From Chamaesiphon sp. OTE_75_metabat_556 (GTDB lineage: Bacteria; Cyanobacteriota; Cyanobacteriia; Cyanobacteriales; Chamaesiphonaceae): a DNA stretch of 64,000 bases. Under the pieces are notes generated by a model. The model did not search any database and was not told the origin of the DNA. It saw only the letters and a list, made by a program, of their open reading frames with translations. The translations under genes and the position numbers were made by a program. The stretch spans positions 457 to 64,456 of the forward strand of contig NZ_JANNDR010000585.1 of the NCBI RefSeq assembly GCF_031378165.1, given 5' to 3'. Of the stretch, positions 38,834 to 49,138 are shown piece after piece (position 1 is the stretch's first letter; the number at the start of each line of letters is the position of its first letter).

Positions 38834-41509
38834 TTAGCTAGTTTTCGATTTGGTCGTCGTTTTTTTAGCCGTAGTTGTTTTCTTGGCTGTGGTGGTTTTC
38901 GCTTTAGTTGTCGTAGCTTTAGCCTTCGTCGTGGTTGCTTTCTTGGTAGTTGTAGCCTTTTTCGTAGTTGTCTTCTTCGCTGTGCCACCTTTAGCCACTA
39001 GCAAACTAATTGCCGTCTCTAAGCTAATCCCTTCAACTGTTTCCCCTTCAGGGATACCCGCATTAATTTTGCCGTGCTTGATATATTTACCATAGGGGCC
39101 AGCAAAGATCGAGATCGGTTCGTTATCGTCGGGATGGTTGCCGATCGTCCGCAGCGGTTCTTTCTTACCACCACGGGTAGATTTGGGTTCGGCGAGGATT
39201 TCCAGCGCGCGCTCTAGGGTAACGGTGAGGACATCATCAGTGGCTTTGAGCGATCGATACTCTTTGCCCTCTTTGCCACGATCGTGGAGGATATAGGGAC
39301 CAAATCGACCGAGGTTGGTTTGGAGTTTGCCGCCAGTTTCGGGGTGAACGCCGAGACTGCGCGGGAGTTTGAGCAGTTCGACGGCGATTTCGAGGGTGAC
39401 ATCTTCGAGTTTCATCCCTTTGGGCAAGGAAGATTGTTTGGGTTTTTTCTTACTATCCTCGTCCTTGTCGCCAAGTTGGACGTAGGGTCCGAAGGGGCCG
39501 AGTTTGGGATAGATCGGTTCGCCAGTTTCAGGGTGATTGCCGAGGGTGTCGGGGGTGCTGCTCTTTTGTTTGAGCAACATCTCAATCGTTTCGGGGGCGA
39601 GATCGGCGGGGGTGAGATCTTTGGGGATGGAGGCGTTACCGGATTCGGTTTCGATGAAGGCACCAAATTTACCGATCCGGACTTTGACATCGAGATCGCC
39701 AAGATCGATCGTCCGCGCGAGAGTTGCATCGATATCGGTGAAGCCGAGTTTGACCTGATTTTCCAGTCCGTTTTCACCTAAATAGAATTTTTCTAAGTAG
39801 GGCAGCCACTGCGTCGTACCAGTCGAGATGTCGTCGAGAGTTTGTTCCATCCGCGCGGTGAAGCTGGGATCGACGAGATCTGGGAAGTTTTTTTCGAGCA
39901 ACGCAGTAACGGCAAAAGCGGTAAAACTCGGCACCAGGGCGTTGTTTTGGAGTTGAGCGTAGCCGCGATCGATAATCGTGCCGATGATGCTGGCATAGGT
40001 ACTCGGACGCCCGATCCCTTCACTTTCGAGCATCTTGACCAGGGATGCTTCGGTATAGCGGGCGGGGGGTTGGGTTTGATGGTCGATCGGATCGAGTTTT
40101 TGACAATCGGGTCGATCGCCTTTGACTAAAGCGGGGAGAATGATTTCTTGGTCTTCGATCGCCGCATTAGGATCGTCAGAGCCTTCGACGTACGCTCTCA
40201 GGTAGCCAGGAAAATCGATCTGCTTACCAGAGGAACGAAATCCGGCGTTCTCGACCTGTAAATCGACGCTGAGTTGGGTTTGGCGGGCATCAGCCAAATG
40301 GGAGGCGACCGTGCGTTTCCAGACTAGATCGTAGAGCTGCAATTCTTTGGCAGCTAGTCCAGTTTCTCGCGGCGTCCGAAAACTGCTCCCAGCCGGACGA
40401 ATCGCTTCATGGGCTTCTTGAGCACCTTTGGATTTGGTGCTATATTGGCGGGGCTTGGGGCTGAGATATTCTTGGCCGTATTTGTCTAGGACGCAGGCAC
40501 GGGCGGCATCGATCGCTTGGGCGGAGAGACTGACAGAATCCGTCCGCATGTAGGTGATATAACCTTGTTCGTACAGGCTTTGAGCGACGCGCATGGTTTC
40601 CCGCGCGGAGAGGCGCAGTTTGCGGTTGGCTTCCTGTTGGAGGGTAGAAGTCGTAAACGGCGGTGCGGGTTTACGGGTGACGGGTTTTTCTTCTAATCCG
40701 GTGACCGTCCAGGTTTTGCCTTTGAGATTCTCGACTAACGCCGTCGCTTCTACACCGTTGAGGACTTTAACTTTTTTACCCGCTAACAGATTCCCTGTAT
40801 TCGGATCGAAATCTGCACCCGTGGCTACTTTCGTGCCATCGACGGTGACTAGCTTCGAGTCAAACTCGGCTTTGTTGTGGGCGAGTAGTGCTTTCAAATC
40901 CCAATACTGGGCTGATTTAAACGCCCGCCGTTGGCGTTCTTTGATCGTTAATAATCTCACTGCTACTGACTGCACGCGCCCAGCCGATAAACCGCCGGCA
41001 ATCTTCCGCCATAATAGTGGCGAGAGCGTATAACCGACCAATCGATCGAGAATCCGCCGCGTTTCTTGGGCGTGGACGATTTGCTCGTCGATATCCCGGC
41101 AATTCTTCAGTGCTTTCTGGATCGCTTCTTTGGTAATCTCATGAAATACCATCCGTTTGGTCGGGACTTTGGGATTGAGGAGCTGTAATAGGTGCCAACT
41201 AATACTCTCACCTTCGCGATCTTCGTCCGTTGCCAGAATCAGTTCTTGGGCACCTTTAAGCGCGGTTTTTAGTTCCTGAACGATCTTGCGCTTGTCTTTG
41301 GGGATGATATACAGCGGCGCAAATCCAGATTCAACGTTGATTCCCAGGTTTGCCCACTTTTGAGATTTAAACTCTGGCGGGATTTCATCAGCCGATGGTG
41401 GCAAATCGCGAACGTGCCCCATTGAAGCCTTGACCACATAACTAGATGGCAAAAACTTACTGATGGTGCGGGCTTTGGTCGGAGATTCGACGATGACGAG
41501 AGTTGACAT
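38834..41509 (-). CDS. topA: DNA topoisomerase I
   Basis: LVIVESPTKA, ATDEDREGE, SAGRVQS, GYITYMRTDS; Topo_C repeats; K/T/A-rich tail. Confidence 0.97.
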   Translation of the reverse strand: MSTLVIVESPTKARTISKFLPSSYVVKASMGHVRDLPPSADEIPPEFKSQKWANLGINVESGFAPLYIIPKDKRKIVQELKTALKGAQELILATDEDREGESISWHLLQLLNPKVPTKRMVFHEITKEAIQKALKNCRDIDEQIVHAQETRRILDRLVGYTLSPLLWRKIAGGLSAGRVQSVAVRLLTIKERQRRAFKSAQYWDLKALLAHNKAEFDSKLVTVDGTKVATGADFDPNTGNLLAGKKVKVLNGVEATALVENLKGKTWTVTGLEEKPVTRKPAPPFTTSTLQQEANRKLRLSARETMRVAQSLYEQGYITYMRTDSVSLSAQAIDAARACVLDKYGQEYLSPKPRQYSTKSKGAQEAHEAIRPAGSSFRTPRETGLAAKELQLYDLVWKRTVASHLADARQTQLSVDLQVENAGFRSSGKQIDFPGYLRAYVEGSDDPNAAIEDQEIILPALVKGDRPDCQKLDPIDHQTQPPARYTEASLVKMLESEGIGRPSTYASIIGTIIDRGYAQLQNNALVPSFTAFAVTALLEKNFPDLVDPSFTARMEQTLDDISTGTTQWLPYLEKFYLGENGLENQVKLGFTDIDATLARTIDLGDLDVKVRIGKFGAFIETESGNASIPKDLTPADLAPETIEMLLKQKSSTPDTLGNHPETGEPIYPKLGPFGPYVQLGDKDEDSKKKPKQSSLPKGMKLEDVTLEIAVELLKLPRSLGVHPETGGKLQTNLGRFGPYILHDRGKEGKEYRSLKATDDVLTVTLERALEILAEPKSTRGGKKEPLRTIGNHPDDNEPISIFAGPYGKYIKHGKINAGIPEGETVEGISLETAISLLVAKGGTAKKTTTKKATTTKKATTTKAKATTTKAKTTTAKKTTTAKKTTTKSKTS

Positions 41510-41807
41510 ATGGGCGTTTTGAGGTCGTCGGAAGTTGGTGAGAAAATTTAGGTTGGGCGTGTGCTATTGACAGTGGCCACTACTGTGTCAAGTTGAGGTA
41601 TATTTACGATTTTGTCAAGTGGGTCGATGCGGCGATTGTGGCTGAGATCAAGGTAGTAGCCAGGATGCGATCGCTTACGCAGTATCCTGTTAACCCAATT
41701 ACAGTCCAAATCAGGAGCGCGATCTGGATCTTGATAAAACTCTACACGAACGCCCTCTAACTCTATCTCTGCCCAACGGAATATTCATGGCTAGATCGGC
41801 TTAACGC

Positions 41808-42566
41808 CTAGACAAATCGAAAATATTTCAATCCTTCCAAAATCCCATCAGCGCATTCAGCCACAGCGAGATAATGATAGTTGGCGGGATGTAGCTCGTG
41901 CCAGAGTCGTAATTCTGACTGGGCATTGCCGACGATGATGCCGCGCTCTTGGCCATATTTAAATAGGGAAATATCGTTACCAGAGTCTCCACACACGACT
42001 GTCTGAATCGGATCGATCTGCCATCGCTGGCGCAGGAATTGGACGGCTTGACCTTTATCGCCTCCTGATGGCAGGATATCTAAATCTCTACTGCCGCTAT
42101 AGATAATATCGGCAGCTAGCCCTTGATGTAATAATAACTCTTGTAGCTGAGGTATGACAGCGGCAACGACGCTAGTCGAGAGGTAATAGCTGACCTTAAA
42201 TGGTCTTTGTTCGGCTGGAGGCTGAGGTTCTAAGTCGGCAAATCGACTGGCAATAGCCACGATCCGATCGCGATGCCAATTGCGACCGAGCTGCTCTACC
42301 CATTCTGGATCGGCATCCGTCGCTGTGTTGAGATAGATTTCCGTACCGACAGCAGCAATGAGTGCGTCAGGTGCCAGTAAAGATTTGGCGTGCGCTAACT
42401 CTTGATATGATGTCTTCGATCGACCGGTGGCATAGACGATCTTAGTGCCATAAGTTTGCCGATAGCGATCGAGGATCTGCTTGAGCTGCTCTAGCGAGCG
42501 ATCGTCGCCAACTAAGGTATGGTCGAGGTCTGTAACGAGTAATGATAAATGCGTGAGGAGACCCAT
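41808..42566 (-). CDS. spp: Sucrose-phosphate phosphatase (HAD IIB)
   Basis: VTDLDHTLVGDD, YATGRS, Q.PFKVSY, DLDILP...DKG, CGDSGND. Confidence 0.88.
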   Translation of the reverse strand: MGLLTHLSLLVTDLDHTLVGDDRSLEQLKQILDRYRQTYGTKIVYATGRSKTSYQELAHAKSLLAPDALIAAVGTEIYLNTATDADPEWVEQLGRNWHRDRIVAIASRFADLEPQPPAEQRPFKVSYYLSTSVVAAVIPQLQELLLHQGLAADIIYSGSRDLDILPSGGDKGQAVQFLRQRWQIDPIQTVVCGDSGNDISLFKYGQERGIIVGNAQSELRLWHELHPANYHYLAVAECADGILEGLKYFRFV

Positions 42567-42894
42567 ACTAGTTGACAATTGTGAATGTTAGATTAATAGA
42601 TCGCTAGTAGCTAAGCTCGATCTACGGCGATCGACATTTTCCACACTAACATTAAATCAGTTGACAGTTGCAACACTAACTAAATCCACCGCGTTGCGTT
42701 TTGACGATCGTGACATGTTTACAGACAAGTTTGCTGAGTTGGCAATTAAGTTGATGTTGAAGAGATCGCTCTGAAGTCCCGCACCGATCTCGATGTCGAT
42801 CGCGTCGGAGCCTAATCTGTCAATTGGTCATAACTTGTCACCAAAGATCGATGACACGCTCTAGCACTTACATATCTAAATCGAAACTAATTTC

Positions 42895-43467
42895 ATGAAC
42901 GATTATCCTCAAAGCTGTCTGCGAGTAGGTCAAATTGCCCCAGATTTCACGGCGACTGCGGTTGTCGGTCAGCAATTTCAACAGATCCAATTATCACGAT
43001 ATCGTAAATATGTGGTCTTATTCTTTTATCCACTAGACTTTACATTTGTCTGCCCGACAGAAGTGATCGCTTTTAGCGATCGTTATGCTGAGTTTCAAGC
43101 ACTCGATACTGAGATCCTGGGCATTTCAGTCGATAGTGAGTTCGCTCATTTAGCCTGGATTCAAACCGAACGCAAAATGGGCGGCGTAGGCGATATCAAT
43201 TATCCGCTGATCTCTGACCTCAAAAAAGAAATTAGCATGGCATACAATGTCTTAGATCCCACTCTGGGAGCTGCTTTGCGTGGTTTATTTATTATCGATC
43301 GTTCGGGTATTTTACAATATGCCACGATCAACAATCTGTCATTCGGTCGCAGTGTCGATGAAACGCTCCGCGTCCTGCAAGCGATTCAGCACGTTCAAGC
43401 CCATCCCCAAGAAGTTTGTCCGATCGATTGGCAACCAGGCGATAAAACGATTCGATCGGTTAGCTAG
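42895..43467 (+). CDS. 2-Cys peroxiredoxin (AhpC/Prx1)
   Basis: [14 protein letters not shown] and EVCP. Confidence 0.93.
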   Translation: MNDYPQSCLRVGQIAPDFTATAVVGQQFQQIQLSRYRKYVVLFFYPLDFTFVCPTEVIAFSDRYAEFQALDTEILGISVDSEFAHLAWIQTERKMGGVGDINYPLISDLKKEISMAYNVLDPTLGAALRGLFIIDRSGILQYATINNLSFGRSVDETLRVLQAIQHVQAHPQEVCPIDWQPGDKTIRSVS

Positions 43468-43770
43468 CAACACAATCGATGTTTACCTACCACTAATTTG
43501 CTGGCATTCAATCGAACACTAATCGATCGCAGGATAAAACCAACGAATGATTTGCAATCGAGGAAAAACCCTAACTGCGGTGATCTGCAGCATCGAGATA
43601 GTTGCAAATAAATGTCCGGCGACTGGCTCCAGTTCGCGAACGAACGCATCTTCCCCACGTAGTTAAGACTCGACAATCGAGGGGTAGATTGCGTTCGCTT
43701 ACTTTACTTTAAATACTGCACCAAAATGCCGACTCGATCGATGATTGTTACTAAGCAATAGGAAGTGTGC

Positions 43771-46152
43771 CTACACTTCCACGCCCTGTTTTTCTGGGCT
43801 GAGAACTTTAGTACTATCTGTTTTCCCGACTAGATCTTGAGCGGCATGATAGTACTGATAATACTTGTTGTAACCAGAATGTTGATTTTCAACGCGGTTG
43901 ATCGCCAGACCCAATACTGGAGTTCTTAGGGATGAAATGATATCGATACCGCGATCGATAATTTGTTTTTGAGCGACATTCAAGCTGACGATGTAGACTA
44001 GTCCATCCACCAAGCTCGATAGTAATCGCGTATCGCTGACCCCAACAATTGGTGGCGTATCAAAAATGATATAATCATATTCTTTACGCCATTCTTCCAT
44101 CAATTTCAGTAATCGTGGTGAGTTAAATAACACGATCGAGCTGACAGTTTGTCTGCCAGAGAACATCACATCTAAGTTAGAAGTTGAACTTGTTTTGATT
44201 AAATCTTTCCAGTTCTGATTGCCTACAATGGCATCGCTCAAACCATCCTCACTCTCACATTCTTCGCGTTTGAATAGTGGTGAGTTCGCGCACAAATGTG
44301 CGATCGAAGATTTGTGCAGATCCGCGTCGATGAGTAGTACCCGATAACCTAACTCGGCCAGGGTGTTACTAGTATGGAAAGTAATCGTCGATTTACCTTC
44401 TTTTGGCAGCGAAGAAGTCATCGCGATAATTTTACCTGGTAGCTTATCTTCTCGATTCTCAGCAATCGAGGCAGCACCAACTGATGTCAATCCAATCCCC
44501 AACGCTAGCGTGCGGATTGATTCAATAAAACTCCAATAAGAATAATCTTTATTCTTACCTTTAGATGTTTGTAAAAAGGTACTACCGCGCGTTGAGGAAG
44601 AATGTTCCAAATCATCCACCCTGGGAATTAAGGACAAAATGGGCATCCCAGTCATCACTTTCACACTATCGGGATTGTCAACTCGATTATCGAGTTTGTT
44701 CAAACCATACGATACAAAAATTCCAGCCAAGATACTTCCGATCGCTCCCAAGCCCATTTGGCGGGGAACATCAGGTGAAACTGGCGAGCGAGGAAGTTCT
44801 GGGGGATCTAATAATTTCCACGGTACGACTTGTTCGGCATTAACAATTTTCAACTCTTGAACTTTTTGCTTGAATGCCGTCAATTCTTGGGAAGCAATTT
44901 GGTACTCCCTTTGCATTTCAGTATATTGTTTTTGCAATCCTGGTAATTGGCCAATTTGGGTTTGGACTTGTTGATAGACTGCTTCCAAACTTTGCGATTG
45001 AGCTGTTTGGGCTACTAACCTAGTTTCAAGTTCAGCTTGTTTATTGGCGAGATTTTGTGCGAGATTATTCCCAAAGTTAGCAATGCTACCTTGAGTTAGT
45101 TCGCTATCGGCGACTTGCCGTTTGAGCACTTGCTGCGCGCGATTTCTCAATAAGACTAACACGGCATCACGTTTTTCTTTCAATGCCACAATTAGCGGAT
45201 TTTCGGGACTAAAGCGAACGCTTTCTTGATTGTATTTTAGTTCTAGTTCCCGGAGTTGAGTAAACAAGCCTTGGTAGCCACTATCTTGAGTCAACATGGT
45301 TGTACTCAGATTAGCGTTGGATGCCAACCCGACGTTCGCAAGTTGTTTCTTTAATTCTTCGTACTCCTTTTGGGTTTGGTAATAAGTCGAGCGAGATTCA
45401 TTAATCTTGGCAACGATACTTTGACGATAACCATCCAAGGCACCAGCAGAAGTCGCTGGATCTACAAATCGATACTTAATCCGAAATTGCTCGATCTGGG
45501 AAGCAGAAGCATCTAATCGTTTTTGTGAACCAGGTAATTGGGTCTCGATAAATTCGATCGAGTTATTCGTCCGCGCTTTCTTGTTAGTAATACTATACTC
45601 AATATAAACTTTGCTCAACGCGTTGAGCACAGCCACAATTTCTTGAGGGGAAAGCGATACGTAGCTAACCGTTAAAACATTACTATCTGGCTTGGACTGA
45701 ATCGCCAAACCTTGTAAAACTTGAGCCAGCGGTGGCCGCAATTTTGGATCGGGAATCGACAAAATTGCTTTTTCGATCATACTTTTACTTCTGAGCGATT
45801 GGGTAATCGTCTCGATCGCGATCACCCGATCTTCAGACTGCCCATTACCAGAAGCTTCACCAGCCAATTTTTCAGCAACACTGTTACTAGAGCTGGATTT
45901 TAAATCGATCGCGATTTGCACCGCCGATCTGTAGATCCGGACTTGCTTCCAAGTCACATAACCGACTGTCCCCAACATCAAGGCCGTGGTGAGCAGGGAC
46001 GCATACCAATATTTACGCAAGCCATTCAGGATGGCACCCACACCCATCCCGTCTTCTTGCCGTGGTTCAGAGAACCCATTTGGACGAGGTTTCACTGACT
46101 CTGGGGACTGCATTAGTCTGGGAGGATTAAACTCAGGAAAGCTCTCTTTCAT
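43771..46152 (-). CDS. wzc: Polysaccharide co-polymerase / tyrosine autokinase (Wzc/GumC)
   Basis: Two transmembrane helices around a coiled coil, TSSLPKEGKST, LIDADL, FDTPP, Tyr cluster YNKYYQYY. Confidence 0.88.
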   Translation of the reverse strand: MKESFPEFNPPRLMQSPESVKPRPNGFSEPRQEDGMGVGAILNGLRKYWYASLLTTALMLGTVGYVTWKQVRIYRSAVQIAIDLKSSSSNSVAEKLAGEASGNGQSEDRVIAIETITQSLRSKSMIEKAILSIPDPKLRPPLAQVLQGLAIQSKPDSNVLTVSYVSLSPQEIVAVLNALSKVYIEYSITNKKARTNNSIEFIETQLPGSQKRLDASASQIEQFRIKYRFVDPATSAGALDGYRQSIVAKINESRSTYYQTQKEYEELKKQLANVGLASNANLSTTMLTQDSGYQGLFTQLRELELKYNQESVRFSPENPLIVALKEKRDAVLVLLRNRAQQVLKRQVADSELTQGSIANFGNNLAQNLANKQAELETRLVAQTAQSQSLEAVYQQVQTQIGQLPGLQKQYTEMQREYQIASQELTAFKQKVQELKIVNAEQVVPWKLLDPPELPRSPVSPDVPRQMGLGAIGSILAGIFVSYGLNKLDNRVDNPDSVKVMTGMPILSLIPRVDDLEHSSSTRGSTFLQTSKGKNKDYSYWSFIESIRTLALGIGLTSVGAASIAENREDKLPGKIIAMTSSLPKEGKSTITFHTSNTLAELGYRVLLIDADLHKSSIAHLCANSPLFKREECESEDGLSDAIVGNQNWKDLIKTSSTSNLDVMFSGRQTVSSIVLFNSPRLLKLMEEWRKEYDYIIFDTPPIVGVSDTRLLSSLVDGLVYIVSLNVAQKQIIDRGIDIISSLRTPVLGLAINRVENQHSGYNKYYQYYHAAQDLVGKTDSTKVLSPEKQGVEV

Positions 46153-46333
46153 GTTGGAATATTGATAGAACAGGTGGGCAATGAACCGCCAAATGGCTGA
46201 AGTAATCGAGCTAGAATAGTCGTATCATAAAAAGTATGCCGATTTGACTAGACACAAGGATATATCGTGTCAGTAAGTGCGGCCAAATAATTTTACTATC
46301 TATTAATAGTTAACACCATCGGTAAATATAAAA

Positions 46334-46369
46334 ATACCCAGTATGTCGATGTATTGGCATACTGGGTAT
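46334..46369. terminator. Stem-loop just downstream of ugd
   Basis: ATACCCAGTATG...CATACTGGGTAT, followed by a T run on the minus strand. Confidence 0.6.
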
Positions 46370-46379
46370 CTGAGATTGA

Positions 46380-47774
46380 CTAGCAACCAATGCCAATATG
46401 CTGAAAACCGGCTGCGGTCAACATTGCTGGAGATAGAAAATTCCGACAATCGACGACGATCGCCGAACGCATTAGTTTAGCTAAGTGCTGGTAATTGATA
46501 TCTTGAAACTCAGACCATTCTGTCATTAATACAATAGCATCACTATCGGTTGCTAAGGTTTGTGGACTATCGACCAGATTAACATTAGCTAAGTAGGGAT
46601 GTGGTAAAGATTCAGACGAAACAATCGGGTCATATGCTTTAACCTTAGCACCCAACTCGATTAATATCTGGATTATATCAAGAGCGGGTGCATCGCGCAA
46701 ATCATCAGTATCGGGTTTGAAAGTCAAACCGAGTAAACCAATGGTTTTGCCTTTGAGAATTTTCAGAGAGTTTTGGAGTTTTTGAATCACTAGTGTCCGC
46801 TGCTGTTGATTGACACTGACCGCCGCTTTGAGTAGTCGAGCATCGTAGCCATAATCAGCACCAGTATGAATGAGTGCGGCTAAATCTTTCGGAAAACAAG
46901 ATCCGCCCCAACCAATGCCAGCATTTAAGAATTTGTTGCCGATGCGCGAGTCGAGACCGATACCTTTAGATACCTGAGTGACATCGGCACCCACGCGCTC
47001 GCAAATATTCGCAATCTCATTGATAAAGCTAATTTTGGTGGCTAAGAACGCGTTGGCAGCGTACTTGATCATCTCTGCCGAACCCAAATCGGTAGTCAAG
47101 ACCGATACTGGCGGTAGATCGGCATGTTCGCCATGTTGGCGATCGATAATCGGTTTGTATAACTCTAACATCAGATCGATCGCTTGTTGATTGTTGCTCC
47201 CCAGCACGATCCGATCGGGATTGAGGGTATCGTAGATGGCCGAACCTTCTCGCAAAAATTCGGGATTGCTCACGACATCAAATTTAGGGTCGAAGGCTGG
47301 TTCGGCGGGGCGGCGCTCGCCAGCACCAACCAGACTCGGTTGTTGTTGGCGTTCGGCCACCCCGTCCAACACTAGCATCTTGACCCAATCGCCAGAACCG
47401 ATCGGCACTGTAGACTTGTTGACGATGACTTTATAATCGCCATTGAGATGTTTACCGATCCCTTTAGCAACAGCCTCGACATATTGGGTATCGCTAGAGC
47501 CATTGGGCAATGGTGGCGTGCCGACGGCGATAAATAAGACTTCGCCATGCTCGACGCCAGCAGCCAGATCGGTAGTAAACTGCAATCGATTGGTAGCCAT
47601 CGCCGATCGCATGATGTCGGCCAAGCCTGGTTCGTAAATTGGCGATTGCCCTGATTTCATCATAGCGACTTTTTCAGGATTGTTATCGACGCAAATGACA
47701 TCATGACCGATGTGGGCCAGACAGGCTCCCGTTACCAAACCAACGTAACCAGTTCCGATAGTACAAACACGCAT
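46380..47774 (-). CDS. ugd: UDP-glucose 6-dehydrogenase
   Basis: IGTGYVGL, NKSTVP, SNPEFLREG, GWGGSCFPKD, FKPDTDD.RDAP. Confidence 0.95.
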   Translation of the reverse strand: MRVCTIGTGYVGLVTGACLAHIGHDVICVDNNPEKVAMMKSGQSPIYEPGLADIMRSAMATNRLQFTTDLAAGVEHGEVLFIAVGTPPLPNGSSDTQYVEAVAKGIGKHLNGDYKVIVNKSTVPIGSGDWVKMLVLDGVAERQQQPSLVGAGERRPAEPAFDPKFDVVSNPEFLREGSAIYDTLNPDRIVLGSNNQQAIDLMLELYKPIIDRQHGEHADLPPVSVLTTDLGSAEMIKYAANAFLATKISFINEIANICERVGADVTQVSKGIGLDSRIGNKFLNAGIGWGGSCFPKDLAALIHTGADYGYDARLLKAAVSVNQQQRTLVIQKLQNSLKILKGKTIGLLGLTFKPDTDDLRDAPALDIIQILIELGAKVKAYDPIVSSESLPHPYLANVNLVDSPQTLATDSDAIVLMTEWSEFQDINYQHLAKLMRSAIVVDCRNFLSPAMLTAAGFQHIGIGC

Positions 47775-47918
47775 TTTTAATTGACCCCCAAGATGATTGT
47801 TCTGAACTTAATAAATACTTGAATTGAAAATCGATCGAGTGTGAAACATCGGGCAATCGCGATCTTCAGTGCTAGTGAGATCGTCACATTCGCTATTTCC
47901 ACAGTGCAACTCGTCTGT

Positions 47919-48848
47919 CTAAATTGCTAAACGTTGTTTAAATTCAGCAATTGTCTCCGTCAATCCCGTATCGAGCGAAATTGTCGGTTGCCAGTTCAAG
48001 AGCGTTTTTGCCTTGGTAATATCTGGCTTCCGCTTTCTGGGATCGTCTTGAGGCAATGGTTTAAAGCTAATTTCCTGCCCAGGATTGAGCCTGTCGCGAA
48101 TTTTTTCGGCGAGTTGCAAGATGGTGTATTCTTCAGGATTGCCGAGATTGATCGGGCCAGTATGGTCGCCATTCATCAATTTTATCAAGCCATCAACTAG
48201 ATCCGTCACATAACAAAAGCTGCGGGTTTGGTGGCCTTCACCATAGACAGTCAATGGTTTACCCTGTAAAGATTGGGCGATAAAATTGCTGACGACCCGA
48301 CCATCATTTTCTAACATTCTCGGCCCGTAGGTGTTGAAGATCCGTGCGACCCGAATTTCGACTTTGTGTTGACGATGATAGTCAAAACTCAGTGTTTCGG
48401 CAATCCGCTTGCCTTCGTCATAACAAGATCTGATCCCGATCGTATTCACATTTCCATGATATTCTTCCGGCTGAGGATGGACGTCCGGATCGCCATAAAC
48501 TTCGGAAGTGGATGCCAGTAGAAATCTGGCCTTAGTACGTTTGGCCAGTCCGAGCATATTTGACGTGCCCAGATAACTGACTTTCGTTGTTTTGATCGGA
48601 TTGGCTTGATAGTGAACTGGCGAGGCCGGACAGGCAAGATGATAAATTTGGTCTACTTCTAAGCGAATTGGCTCGGTAATATCATGGCGGATCGCCTCAA
48701 AGTTGGGATGACCGAGCCATTTCTGGATATTGTTTTTGGTTCCAGTATAAAAATTATCCAAGCAAATTACTTCGTGTTGCTCTTTCATCAGGCGATCGAG
48801 CAAATGAGAACCAATAAACCCCGCACCACCGGTCACTAGAATTCGCAT
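47919..48848 (-). CDS. UDP-glucuronate decarboxylase (UDP-xylose synthase)
   Basis: [36 protein letters not shown]. Confidence 0.92.
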   Translation of the reverse strand: MRILVTGGAGFIGSHLLDRLMKEQHEVICLDNFYTGTKNNIQKWLGHPNFEAIRHDITEPIRLEVDQIYHLACPASPVHYQANPIKTTKVSYLGTSNMLGLAKRTKARFLLASTSEVYGDPDVHPQPEEYHGNVNTIGIRSCYDEGKRIAETLSFDYHRQHKVEIRVARIFNTYGPRMLENDGRVVSNFIAQSLQGKPLTVYGEGHQTRSFCYVTDLVDGLIKLMNGDHTGPINLGNPEEYTILQLAEKIRDRLNPGQEISFKPLPQDDPRKRKPDITKAKTLLNWQPTISLDTGLTETIAEFKQRLAI

Positions 48849-49138
48849 AATTTAGAATTTGATTAAGTTTAATTTTGGCTAAAAAAGTTTAATGGTAGTG
48901 TTTTTAGTATTATTCCTTAAAATTGAGAGATCGGCAACTTTGATGCCCTGTGGTCTAAATGTGCGATTGCGATCGAGATCACCAGTCCTCGATCGCTACA
49001 GGTGATTTTTCACAAAAGCGTAGCATTATTTCTATCGATCTCTAAACAGTCAATTTACCGAATTTAGTAATATTGAAACTAGCGATGTGTTAGTTCGCAA
49101 TCACGATCGTCGGTTTCAAGCTCGGCAACTGTAGATCG

